DNA from: Octopus vulgaris
Taxonomy: Eukaryota
DNA: 64,000 nucleotides
Direction of reading: 5' to 3'
Assembly (NCBI GenBank): GCA_951406725.2
Contig: OX597828.1
Coordinates: forward strand, 71,920,001-71,984,000
Under the pieces are notes generated by a model. It saw nothing but the letters and a program-made list of their open reading frames with translations, was not told the origin of the DNA and did no database searches. This document shows, one piece after another, positions 12,710-25,469 of this stretch (its first letter is position 1; each line of letters opens with the position of its first letter). The position numbers and the translations under genes were made by a program.

Positions 12710-13860
12710 TTAGTTAAACAGCTAAACATTTTTCTTGTGACGACATTTGGACAAAAACTCGGAATTCCTATTTAGAATGTATTTTATTTTAGTTCTCATT
12801 CGGAGTTTTTTTCCTAAAAACAGGCATTACAGACTGTTGTTCCGTTGAAATAGCTATTACTACAGGCTAAAATATACCACAATATTTTGAATTTAGTGTT
12901 TCCATTTCAGATACCAAACATTGCTCGACTGAACTGATATGTTGTTCTTGTTTGGATTTGTAGTTCTCATAGACGTGCGCGTACGTGTGCTTTCATCGCT
13001 TGTAGGTTGTTTCCCTTTGCATGTGAAACTCTTTGTTTACTTTGAAACTGCTATTTTTATGACCCTATTGTGGTTACTGGATGCTCTGTCGAATGTTACT
13101 TGTGTGAAGGTATATTAGGAATTTATTCATTGATACCTTTAATTAGGGCTTTAGAGGTGATATGAGGGTGGTTAGAATTTATGGCAATGTACATAAGCTT
13201 TTCGTGACATCTTCCGTAACGACTGGAATTATTTGCGTGCAAATCAAAAGTAACACTTGAAAAGTGGATAGTTCGTTGTTACAAGTTCTACTAAGTTCTC
13301 ATTTTGATAGTCCTGTACCCATAGAAATATTGTAGTCGTCTCTCATTGCTGTAAAGGTTGTCAAATGTGTTTAAAGAGGACATAAGTAAAAAAAAAAGGC
13401 TAAGGTATCCGCTGTTGCCAGCATCTCAAATACATCTTTTCTGTAAAACTAAATAACTTATTAGAAATATTACTTTTCTAAATTTCTCAGAGATAATTAC
13501 ACAGTAAAAGCACGATAAAATGATGGTTTGCTGCCAACTTAACATGTCAATCCCAGGAAAGAGAAGAATGCTACTGCTATTTAGACTCAAGAAATACCGT
13601 TTCTAGTTGGTTACGTGACACAAGCGCTCTGTGTCCTTAAGTTTTCAAACAAGAGAGATAAGTACCTCCACCCAACAAAACCAGCACCCAGTGACTAGTT
13701 TCAGGGTAGCTACCCTTCATCAGTCTGATGTAGCCTGACTCTGCCAGCCGTCGGTGCTAAATCGCTGTTGAAAACTTATAGAATTTCAAGTGAAATATAT
13801 TCACTGATCTACAAAATTAGAAATATTGCACTTCTAAATCTCTCAGAGATAATTTAACTT
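12710..13860 (-). mobile_element. Degenerate Penelope-like element: GIY-YIG-associated C-terminus plus hammerhead-containing repeat
   Basis: Minus-strand translation gives YFNGTTVCNACF*EK and ILNRNSEFLSKCRHKK, matching the CxLCLxEK..LNKRSELxSKCRH C-terminus of aquatic PLEs. Hammerhead at 13686-13730 on the same strand, between ~38-bp direct repeats (13461, 13815). Confidence 0.7.
13686..13730 (-). ncRNA. Minimal type I hammerhead ribozyme with intact core
   Basis: CTGATGA-AGGGTA gc TACCCT-GAAAC TA GTC; palindromic stem III ACTAGT; stem I weak. Confidence 0.7.
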
Positions 13861-15052
13861 TCAGTAAATTTTATGTAATTCTTTTGCATGTAATTATATT
13901 TACGTACACTCACACAAATACACATAAATATTGATTTTTTTTTTGTCAATTTACAAATAAAAACAATTTCAGATTAATCAATACTTTTTAGCAGAGTACA
14001 TACTTATGAACTTTTACGAAGAAATGGTTGACTGATTTCCAAGTTTCGGTTTGTTCGTCTTCATCCGAATTTCTTCATGGGAGCTGATTGATTGATTAAC
14101 TTTTGTTAATAAATATAAAGTAATAGAACTTGCTTCCCGACCATCTGGTCTTGGGTTCAGTCCCACTACACAGTACCAGGGGCAAGCGTCTTCTAGTTTG
14201 GCCTTTTGTCTACCAAACCCTTGGGAATGGATTTGGTAGACAGACAAAAAACTTTAAAAAACGTACAGAAATTTAGAACTGCATAAAACAAAGAAGTCGA
14301 CAGGAATATTTCTGTTATAATAGTTGTATGGTTAAGAAGTTTGCTTCGAAACTTCGTGATTGCAGGTTCAATCCCGCCGCTGCATACACCTGAGATAAAA
14401 AGTATTTTCTATCGTAACTTCCGCTTGACTAATGAACGAATAAATGAAAGTAAATATTTTCTTTTACTCTAGACACAAGGCCCGAAATTTTGGGAGAGTG
14501 GGGAGTCGATTAGATCGATGATTGTGGGCAAAATAAAACTTCGATGTTCCTCTCAGATTTTGTGTTCTTGAGCAAAACACTTCATGTCACGTTACTGCAG
14601 TCCACTCAGCTGGCAAAAATGAGTAACCCTGCGACGGGTCAGTGTCCTGTCCACTGGAGAATCTATACGCCACGGAACCCAGGAAACTGACCTTATGATC
14701 TTATGGCTCATAGATTATGTATACACACTGTGTGTGTGTGCGTGTGTGTGTGCGTGTGTGCGTGCGTGTGTGTGTGCGTGTGTGCGTGCGTGTGTGTGTG
14801 CGTGTGTGCGTGATGTGTGCGTGCGTGTGTGTGTGTGTGTATGTGTGTGTGTCGCTTGTGAGCGCTGTAGTTAAGATATAATTCAGTACAACCTGTTGCC
14901 TATTCGGGGCATCGGCGACTGAACAACCGGTAACCCCTTAAGCAAGCTTTGGTAAGGAGAGTGATTGTGCATCTCCGCAGGATGAAAAACAAAACTTGTC
15001 GACGAGTGGATGATCACAGGGAAATCAATGTTTATTCAATAAGGTGTACAAT

Positions 15053-15146
<94 letters not shown>

Positions 15147-15210
15147 TTTGAAAGAACTTTTTCGACGAGTGGATGATCACAGGGAAATCAATGTTTATTC
15201 AATAAGGTGT

Positions 15211-15267
<57 letters not shown>

Positions 15268-15269
15268 TT

Positions 15270-15507
15270 TGAAAGAACTTTTTCTTCACCTATTTCCTTC
15301 CGGTCATTCAAAATGTGACCGCGTGTGTACCGTTGGCGATTTTTTCCTCTGTATTCCCTTCTTTGGATCTTTCCTTTTCCTATGTTTCTGACGAAGAGCT
15401 CCACTCGAAACGTTAAACCCTCCTTCTTCCCTTCCTTCCTGAGCGTCCAATAATACTATATTTGTTCCACGTCCTTGCGTTTTCTCTTTGTGTTTTCATG
15501 TTTGGAT

Positions 15508-15512
<5 letters not shown>
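15270..15512 (+). mobile_element. Short element with minimal hammerhead (15384-15418), ending in (TA)n
   Basis: GTTT-CTGACGA-A-GAG ctcca CTC-GAAAC GTT-AAAC; tail shared with 34850-34970. Confidence 0.7.
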
Positions 15513-15563
<51 letters not shown>

Positions 15564-15597
15564 TATATACGTACATATGTATGTATATATACATGTA

Positions 15598-16535
15598 TAT
15601 ATGGGTACAGGGCATCAAAAAAACGTTAAATACAATAAGGAATGAAAACATAAAAACAAACTTTTTTCGAACAAGGAAAAAAATAAATAGAAAAGCGAGA
15701 CATGCAACGAAGGCAAGGACAATACGCGACTCCCTTGAAACAATCCTTCCCGCAAAGCCAATTAAATAAAATTTGGGATTTTTTGCGGAGGGTGAAAGTG
15801 GTAACAAGAACAAGACAGTAAAAACAAACGGTGACGGCTGTTAAGCCAAGACGATAGAAAAATTATTCTGAACGCTAGGAAGACGAGTTTATGAAAGGAG
15901 ACAGTATAAGCACGTTTTGTCTTTAGGAAGGTAATGAGCAGAAAGATAGATTCTCTTTCTTGGCGTGTCAGCGACGAGAGAGTCAAGGAGGAAGAGTGAG
16001 AGAGAGGGAACGGTGAAGAGGAGAGGAGAAGAATAGGGAAAGGTGGGAGAGAAAACCAGAAAGGGTGTAGAACAAGAGAGGGAGAGAGATAGTAAGAGAT
16101 AGTAGAGATAGAAGAGTGCGCATCGTAATTATTAAGATAAAACTTACTTGGAAAAGGCTGTGTGACGTTCGACCATATAATGATATAAATAATATAATAA
16201 TATATGCATATATACATACATATATGTACATACCTACATATATATGGGTACAGGACATAAAAAAAAAGTTGAAAACAATGAGGAACGAAAACATAAAAAA
16301 AACATTTTTCGAACAACGAAAAAAACAAACAGAGAAACGAGACATGCAACATAAAGAATATTCCCCTTTCTTCAATTGTCCCTGTTTCATCTACTCCGCG
16401 TTACAAAGGCAAGGACAATACGCGGCTTCGTTGAAACAGTCCTCCTCGCAAAGCAATATTAAATAAAATTTGAGATTTTTTGCGGAGGGTGAAAGTGGTA
16501 ACAAGAACAGGACAGTGAGAACAAGACAGTAAAAA
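15598..16535 (-). mobile_element. Two tandem copies of the permuted-hammerhead retroelement end
   Basis: Shared hairpin CCTCCGCAAA...TTTGCG, motif CGCGTATTGTCCTTGCCTT and terminal CCTGTACCCATA(TA)n. The motif is complete at 16363-16425 and deleted in the 15705-15730 copy. Confidence 0.75.
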
Positions 16536-16559
16536 TGCATATACATATATATATATATG

Positions 16560-16622
<63 letters not shown>

Positions 16623-17324
16623 GCATATACACAACCACCCCTTCGGTGATATGTAGGTTTTTCTCTATGTTTGTTTTGTGATGCGCTTGTCCCACCACCA
16701 TTACCGCTTGACCTCTGGTGCTGATTTGTTCATGTCACTGAGTAATCGGTTCGGCAAAAAAATATAAAAATTGACACCGATGTCGATTTGTTTCGACTAA
16801 ACGCTGCGATGCGGTGCCCCAGCATGACCGCAGCCCAATGACTGTAACAAGGGGGGAAGAAAACAATATGAAAGATAAATGATGATGACATCACGCACCT
16901 CAATCCAATCGAAACCACCACTCCTACAATCCTAACCGATTGAGTTAGTTAATTAACGAAGCAATTATCTAGTCGGTTAATGTAGATTTAATGCGATAAT
17001 TTAATGTTAATCTAATAATTTTAATAGTTATGACGTAATCTTAACTGGAGCAACAACAAACATTCCGCTTATTAGAGAGTTTATCAGGGATTTAAATTAG
17101 CCTGGTACTTAATGAGGTTAATATTTTACCGACCCCCAGATATAAAAGAAGGCAAAAATCTACCACAGCGCGATTTGAACTTTGCTCAGGTCATTACCAA
17201 AATGTCTCCCAAATGTCTTTTGCCCGACACTTTGGTACTTTGCAAGATTAACATTTTATCTATTGCACGAGACTCACACTCTATATCAAAGACTCACAAT
17301 GAACTGCTACCAACACGATGATTC

Positions 17325-19100
17325 TTTTTTTTTTAGCACTACGGCCGTAACGCAGAGGGGACAGCACAAGGACAAACAGGACACTACAGTGGGGACATAA
17401 AACATAAAACGAACGAATGAAGAATAAATTATAATAATGGAAGTGAAATGGCTGCATGCTCCCCACTCGCAAGCAATATCATTTTAAATGTTTTAGTTAA
17501 ATGTTTTTATATCTTTTTTTCTTTTTTCTCTTTTTGTATCAGTTTTACTGTCATTAAAATTCCAAATATTTTCTTACTTTTTTTCACCATTTTATGTACG
17601 GTATTAGGTCCTCATAATCTATCACTGGCAGCAAGTCATCGAACTCCTCGCGTACTCCTGCTGAGTTTCTCTTATTTCCAAACAATTCTCTCAATCTTGC
17701 ACATCTCTCTTGGTCAATCACAATTGCGTTGGTGTTCTCTGGATAATATTCCGTTGTTAACTTCACTCTCACTACCGACTTCATTTTGGTTATTCTCTTT
17801 TCAATTTCCGTGTTTTTCGAATATGTCACCATACGCAATTTCGTTTTTCGTTTTTTTTTTTTTGTTACTTGTTCCTGTATTTCCACTTGATTTTCCACGT
17901 TGGCTTCCTTTGTTGTTGTTGTTGGAATCTCCTTCTGTGTCTCTTCCTCTTTATTTTCCTTCCTCTTCTTTAGTGGACTCTTTGGCGATGAGTCCACCTT
18001 TTCCTTTCTTTTCTTTTCCCTATTTACCACCGTATATTCCTCCTCCACCTTCTCCGGACACTTCTCACTCACTGGGGTCTCCAGTTCGGTATTTTTGCTC
18101 CTGCTCGTCACCCTGTTACTGCTGTTCGTGTTCACCTTTCTCGTCATTCTGGGAACACCTTGCACTCATGTGTACCCTTGCTCCACACTGGTCCCATGTT
18201 GGAGGTCTTCCCGCCACCACTACTCTTAATCTCACTTTCTCCGGCAGTATCACCTCCTCCGCTATCTTGTGTAGGTCCTGAAAACTGACCTGAAGCGCCA
18301 CCTTGAGGCCGTATCCCCATCAGTTTACCTCTTTTGTTCTCGTTACTTTTCAAACTTTCGCTTCCTCCTCCGTATTATACATAATGGCAGCCACCAGCCA
18401 CGCCTCCTCAATCTCCGGGGGTACTCTACCTATCCTTACCCTGGACAATCGTCTGCTACAGTAAGTCGGCAGTAGTACCCATTCTGGCGTCCTTAGCGCC
18501 ACAGTGGAGTGGTTTATCGCTTGTTGCTCGCTAGCGAAGCTTACCTCCGCTGAGCCGTATTTTTTCCCTATGGTATAGAATGTTGTGAGGCTCTTTACCT
18601 CCTTTAAACACTCTTCCATGGCTTCCACCGTAGCTATTTCAATTCTTTTCGTTGCCGTGGACAGCGTTCTATATACCACTGTTCGCTCGTCACACTAGCT
18701 GTCATTTCTTGTGGCGGGGTCAACCTCAAACTGGTTCCCTCCTTTTCGATCAGTCTGTTAAACTCCTTTACCGTCTTTTTCTCCATCTTCACCTCTCGAA
18801 CCTGTAGTATCTCTGCAGTTAAACTTCTTCCAGCCGCTGCCGGCTGGGACTGGTTAGCTTTCCATCCTTCCTTTTTTCACTACTTCACCCATAAATAGGA
18901 AAGAAAACAATTATAAAAACACAGCAAAAAAACAAGAAAAAAACCACACAGCTACTAGCTATTCAAAAATTCAACAGTGAAGTTAAACAATAGGTTCACC
19001 CTTGCGGGAGACCTTCAACACTTAATCAACAATGTGACTTACGTCTAACAGGGATCAAATAATGATTAACGCGAAAAAAACAAACAAAAATGCTGGCAAC
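17325..19100 (-). mobile_element. Non-LTR retroelement with Tx1/L1-type ORF1 only (RRM-like region plus zinc knuckle), frameshifted
   Basis: Fragments 18679-17584: VRIGRVPPEIEEAWL, GRPPTWDQCGARVHMSARC (degenerate CCHC), K/E-rich tail; then a short 3' UTR and poly(A) at 17334-17325; no ORF2 seen. 5' boundary approximate. Confidence 0.7.
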
Positions 19101-19211
19101 ACGAACGCCAATCGCTCACAGTTCTTTATCTTTATAACAAAGAGTCAGTTCACCTTTTAGTCACTTGATGGGTGGTCGGAATCCTTCAAAAACAAATATA
19201 TACTTATTTTA

Positions 19212-20190
19212 AGGCGGCAAGCTGACAGAATCGTTAGCATGCCGGACAAAATGCTCAGCGGCATTTCGTCCGTATTCACGTTCTGAATTGAAATTCCGCC
19301 GAGGTTGACTTTGCTTTTCATTCAAGAACCACTTGAGCAGTGGGGGTCGATGCAATCGGCTTACCCCCGATTGTACCAACATTTGAAATCAATATTCTTT
19401 TAAAGCCTAAAGTTTTGAGAGACGAGTTAAGTCGATTCTACCGACTCCCAGTACTTCACTGCTACTTATTTTATCGACCCCGAAGGGATGAAAGCCCCCC
19501 TTGAATGATATTAACTATTCTTAACAAGGGCCACAAGGCTACATATTTTAGGAAACGGATTTGTCGATTATACTTGACTGGTAATTAATTTTATCAATTT
19601 CAGCGGATTGAAAGGTAAAGTCGACTCGAACCCAGAACAAATAAAACGCAACTTGAGAGCTCAAATCGTTGTAACCAAGTGTCCCAAATCAACTTAAATT
19701 CTTTTCTTCTATAGGTGCAGGGTCTGAAATGTTGCTGGAAGGAGCAGTCGATTACATCGACCCCAGTGCTAAGCTGGTATTTATCGACCACAAAAAGAGG
19801 GAAAGTAAAGTCGACCTCGGTGGTGATCTGAACTCAGAACGTAAAGAACCGGAAGAAATATTGCTAAACATATTATTTTCTACTCTAGGCACAAGGCCTG
19901 AAATTTGGGGGGAAGGGGGGCAGTCAATTAGATCGACCCCAGTTCGCAACTGGTACTTAATTTATTGACCCCGAAAGGATGAAAAGTAAAGTCGACCTCG
20001 GCGGAATTTGAACTCAGAACGTAAAGACAGACGAAATACCGCTAAGCATTTCGCCCGGTGTGCTAACGTTTCTGCCAGCTCGCCGCCATCAACAGGCCTT
20101 AAATTCTTTTCTACTCTAGGCACAAGGCCCTGAAATCTTGGTGAACGGGGTCAGCTGATTACATCAGCCCCAGTGCTTGACTTGACTGGT
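19212..20190. mobile_element. Cluster of SINE family B copies (best copy 19866-20087, minus)
   Basis: Head GGCGGCGAGCTGGCAGAAACGTTAGC, B-box-like GAGTTCAAATTCC, Deu/Nin-like domain. Confidence 0.88.
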
Positions 20191-20549
20191 ACTCACGCTG
20201 TTTCTGCTTAAGAATTGTTAAAAATACACGTGCTATCTGTGGAATACTCAGTCACTTACACGTTAATTTAGAAGCAGGTAATTTAGTTGATCAAACAAGT
20301 AAGTCAAGTCGCTACGCAAGCAACCTTAACCGTTCGCTTCGCATTTAAATGGCATCGGTTTTGATTCCAATTCACAGTTCCTTCTGCAATTGCCTTCTAG
20401 TCTTCTACCATTGGGTTGACGAAAGCCTTACGGGTAAAATTTTGTAGGAGAAAACTGTGTTGAAGCCCCGTTCCTATTCTTGTTTTGTGAAGTCAGAAGT
20501 TTTGCAATATTTTGGTAATTTTTTTCTTTATACGTCAAGTCACAACATA

Positions 20550-21080
20550 AGCATTAGTTAAGCAAGAACCAGCTTGCAGAACCTGTCGCCAAACATGGGC
20601 GTTTCAAACGCAAGATGACGCTTTGCATCTGGTGGAATTATAAGGGGATAATTTGTTCCGGACGGTCGAACCCTCGATGCCAACCCGTAGTTCGAACAGC
20701 TGGAGCGGGTGTATGCCATTATGTAAGAAAAATACTTCGGCATTGGTTGATAGAAAACGAGCTTTTCTACAGCAAGACAACACAAGACAACGCAAGGCCC
20801 CACACCTCTCGAACTACCCGGAATAAATTCTGTGAACTTGAGGAAATCAAAATGATACTACACCCAGCATGTAATATGGGCCTAGTTCCCTTGGGTCCTT
20901 TCCATGGCCCTCTTCTTCCTCTCGCGAAGCTTCACCAATCATGGAGAGGTGGAGGCTTCAGTGAAAGAGCTGTTCGCCTCGAATGATAATTACTGGTATC
21001 AGCGTGGAATCAAAGAAATTGCGGAAAGGTGGTTCCACGCGGTGCAGTTTGGTAGTCTCCATTTTGAACACTAAGCTGCC
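20550..21080 (+). mobile_element. Decayed mariner transposase C-terminal fragment
   Basis: MTLCIWWNYKGII, QDNARPHTS, ILHPA, YQRGIKEIAERW motifs with frameshifts. Confidence 0.8.
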
Positions 21081-22141
21081 TTTATTTGCGAATAAAGCAA
21101 ATGTTACCAAAATATTCCTAAATTTTCGACTCAGTAGATGATACGACTCGGTGAGTCACCCCATTCAACAGCTTTCTCTCATGGTTCTTCGTTACAGGTG
21201 TTCGGGTCAGGCCTTTGGCCAAAGAACACCTTCTTTCTTCTCCGCACCACCTACCCGTGTTGGAGGTCCTGAAAAAAGATCATAGATTTGTGCCCTTCAC
21301 GTTAGTAAACAATCGAACAATATTCTCGTTGCTCGTCAACTACTTCCACTCAGCCCCAATCTTTGAAGTATCAACTGACCCCCACCCCCAGCAACCTCGC
21401 AGGTCATTTCTGTTGAAACAACTGAGATTTTTAATTTTATTTTCTATAATTAACAAGTTCAAAGGAAAGCTAAATGTGGGGACTAATAATGCATTTACAA
21501 AAATGTAGTTAATATATAATTAAAAAGAGAATTAATACAATCAGAGACTGTTTATGTATGCAATTATATTTATAATCTTTGACAAAACCAACGGGAGAAT
21601 TTATTGGGGAGAAGAAAACACAGATGTGGATGTTATTTTAAACTTGTGTCTCCATCTAACTTTAGTCTTCTGTTTACATCTATCTTCAGTCTTCATTCTG
21701 CATCAAACTTTAGTCGTGTGTCTTCATCTAACTTTAGTATTGTGTTTACATATAGCTTTACTAGATTATAATAGAAAATAAGCAACTTACGCTAAGTGCC
21801 GCCAGGTGAGACCGAACCGAGGACCTCGTAATTGCCAAGAAAACTTAGCCGTTAAGCCATGCATCCAAATGTTTTAACTACAAACAGTCCTGCCAAGTGG
21901 AGAACCTTTACTCAGTCATTAAACTTGCTAGAAAAAGCAATCAAATTTCCTTCGCTTAGTAAGAGTTATTGTGTGTCCTTTTCTCCGTCTGACTTACACC
22001 ATCGCTCGGTTGTCCTTCTCTCCCTGAGTTTAGATTAAGCTATTGCAATTTCTGGCACAGCAATAGACTGGACTGAAACAGCCTGTTACCATGACAATGT
22101 CACAGTACTGCTCTTAATTAAACACCAGCTTTACAAACAAA

Positions 22142-22209
<68 letters not shown>

Positions 22210-22544
22210 TAGAGAGTCGTAGTCGTCGAGCAGGCGCAAGTGTCGCTACACCTCGGACATCTTGAGCTAGTTGACGTCTACCACATCTAAATCTAGTGAC
22301 CCAATCTTAAGCAAGTGATCTTACTTTCACACTGACCCCAGGGCACACCAGTCCATACGACCCGAATTTCAGTACTAAGAGGTCCAGGGTGCAATAATTG
22401 CAACGGTTTACAAATCCTACACCCCAGGTCAACCAAACAATCCGGTTTTCAGGATTCCTTAAATATCACCTGTTGCATTAGAAACAACGATCACTGGCTA
22501 TTTCCCCACTGACCCTTTCCCAAGAAACACAATACCATGATTTA

Positions 22545-22884
22545 ATCTTTCATCGCCCCAGAGCTCGCAAGATGGGAGAAGTCCGAAACGTGGTCCTTTG
22601 CTATTCGTAAGACCCGCAGAAGAGAAAGCAGGTCAACCCCCGACACCGAGAGCATCGACGGATGGATGAATGCGCATCCAGGCTCAGGAAGTCGAGGACA
22701 AGAAGCAGGAAGAAAGAGTGAGAGAAAGTTGGAGCGAAAGAGTACAACAGGGGTCGCCACCACCCCCTGCCGGAGCCTCGTAGAGCTTTAGGTGTTTTCG
22801 CTCAATAAACACACACAACGCGATCGAAACCGCGATCCTCCGACCGCGAGTCTGCTGCCCTAACCATTGGGCCATTGCGCCTCC
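22545..22884 (-). mobile_element. tRNA-derived SINE family C
   Basis: Head GGAGGCGCAATGGCCCAATGGTTAGGGCAGCAGAC...GGTTTCGATC; the adjoining 3' 137 bp is duplicated at 23658-23795. Confidence 0.75.
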
Positions 22885-25469
22885 ACTGCTGCTGTTGTTA
22901 TTGCTGTTGTTGTGGTTGCGTTTGCAGTGTCAGCAGTAGAGCGGTCCCATGCTATTTTAGCTTCTGTGGTAGGAAGGCCTTTAGGGGGTTGGTGCTACCA
23001 TGTGTCTGACACCTAGGTCATCTACTTTAAACCATAATTTACAGGTGATACCCTTTCGGAAGTTTGTCTGTCAAAAATAATTTTCACTAATATTTTGTCC
23101 CTTTATGAAATATGATCCCATCTTCTTCCGGATCAGCGCTTCATCTTCAAAGAGTTGGTGTTTTCCAAAAAGATATTCCATTAAATCTTTGTTTGTCTTG
23201 TAAAAGACTGGGAACTTTATTTCATTCAGGAAGGCAATACCATCTTAAGGCGTGGTTACACTGAACAGTTGCGCAGGGGCGTCGTGGGTCTAAAGGATTA
23301 ACTTTAATCTATGAATGTTGTGGTTTGCTGTCAATAAATAAATCCTATAGGGCCTACTGCACTGATGTTCCCGGGGGTTCAACACTGTTTAGACTGTTCT
23401 TCCAGAAGGTGAAGAATTCATCTGTACGGAAAGATGACAGCATTGCATATGGCCAGAATGACTTGCCTTCCTTTGTTAAAGTCAAGTAATACGGGTTTAT
23501 TATTTTTAATTGTTTCCTCTGCAGCTGGAGTCTTTCTGTGACCTTCACTGCACCGGGAATAGACCCGGCTTATGTTGTGTGGCTGCACCTTTTACTGTTA
23601 GTGCTGCTGCTGCTGCTGCTGTTGCTGTTGAGCTGCTGTTGCTTTTGAGCGAACGGTCATCGTCCCAGAGCTCGCAAGATGGGAGAAGTCCGAATCGTGG
23701 TCCTTTGCTATCCGTAAGACCCGCAGAAGAGGAAGCAGGTCCAACCCCCGACACCGAGAGCATCGACGGATGGATGAATGCGCATCCAGGCTCAGCGGTT
23801 GCGTAGGAAGTCGGGATGCTGCTGCTGCCCTCGGTGCTGATGGAACGGACGGTCGCAGTGGGAAAGGTGGTGGCGGTGTTGTTGTTCGGTGCTGCAAATA
23901 TCCGCCTGTTCATTACTGAGCTTGTAGCGGTGATGATGATGATGCTGTTGGTGCTATCTGATGAAGCAGTGATGTGGTGATGCTGTCTCTTGAAGATGAG
24001 AGGGTGTTGTTGCTATCGTTGTCACTATCACTCATCGTGGTGGTAGTGGTGGTGGTAGTGGTGGTGGCGGTGGTGGTAGCGGTGGTGGTGGTGGTGGTGG
24101 TGGTGGTGGTGGTGGTGGTGGTGGTGATAGTGGTGTTGATGGTGGCACAGATGGAGGTAGTGGTGTTGGAGGTGTTGGTGGTGGTGGTGGTTGTGGTGGT
24201 GTTGGTGCTGTTGGTGCTATTGATGTTAGTGGTAGTGGTGGCGGTACAGGTAGTGTTGATGATAGTGTTGTTGATGGTAGTGCTGTCGTTGTTGTTGTTG
24301 TTGCTGGTTGTTGTTGTTGTTGTTAAGCAACAAGACGGGTAAGGGTGATTAGGTGATGGTCTTAGGGCTTAGGGGCGGGAGACCCCAGACCTTGGACAAA
24401 AAAAAAAACTTTGGTCGTCTTGTTGTAGTCGAGGGCTCTTCGTTGACGCCCGACACCACTGGGAGGTGGCCCTCGAAGTCGCTGGAAATGGAGATCTCCA
24501 GGTCCAAATTCTTGAACGGTTGTTGTTGTTGTTGGTGGTGTTGCCTGAAGAACTGTTGATTATGAAGTTGGAAATCTCCACTTATTAAATGGTGATGATG
24601 ATGATGATGAGGAGGAGGAGGAGGATTTGTGACATAGACATAAGTTTTGAAACTGAAGGGACAGTGACGATTAAATGAACCCCCAGTGATTCCCTTGACA
24701 AGTCACCATGAAACAACTTGGCGGTAAAAACGCGAATAAAACCATAAGAAGTCTGTCAGAAATGGTACGGAACTCTCATTCTTCAATTGACATCTCAGTA
24801 GCCTCAAATTAATTGAACTCTTCCACTTGGATTCCCGGCAGGAATTTTATATTGTTTAACAGAGACTACTGGTCAATTACGAAGAGCAAAGAAGATTGAC
24901 AACTATTTAAATAATAGTCTTTAAATGCCTCCGCTTTTCGCTCGCCATACGACATTTTAACCTTTTATTTAGTCAATTAAACTCTTGGGAATATTTCAAT
25001 TTAAATATCTAATTATTATTTTTTCCTCTCGAACGATCCTGTTGCTTTCTGAACGGCAAAATATGCGATCACTCTTTCTTCTTAAAAATCTGCTCGGCCA
25101 GAACTTATTTCCTAACAACACAGCAACGATAGCGCCCCCTATACAAGTAGTTCAGGCTGCGGGGGGAATCATTATGTAAAGAACAGTGGTACATCAGTAA
25201 AATAAATATTTTCTCCCAGCATTTTAATTAAAAAGCTAACCTCTTCTGACTGAAACAAATTTCGTTAAGTCTAATTCTGAAGACAATTATTACAAAAACA
25301 CTAATAGAATTACTTTATTATAAATCTCTGGCGAAATCCATTGATAACTTTACCTGTTTATGCGAAAATAATTGCTGCTTAATGTTTTAGACACACATAC
25401 ACAAACACACACACACGTGTTTGTATGTATATAAGTATGTATGAATATAAATATATATTTGAACGTGTA

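Noticed and set aside
14320-14385. tRNA-like A/B boxes (also at other SINE heads)
   Set aside because: No complete cloverleaf; these are SINE heads rather than tRNA genes.
17448-18281. 277-aa plus-strand ORF
   Set aside because: Antisense shadow of the purine-rich retroelement ORF1.
21645-21765. 24-bp degenerate tandem giving LHLTLV peptide repeats; also 18-bp (35213-35262) and 21-bp (40866-40935) mini-tandems
   Set aside because: Short minisatellites with no sign of function.
23545-24620. GC-rich minus-strand region with Q/T/S-rich frames
   Set aside because: Frames are interrupted by stops and no family is recognisable; kept only as context in a finding.
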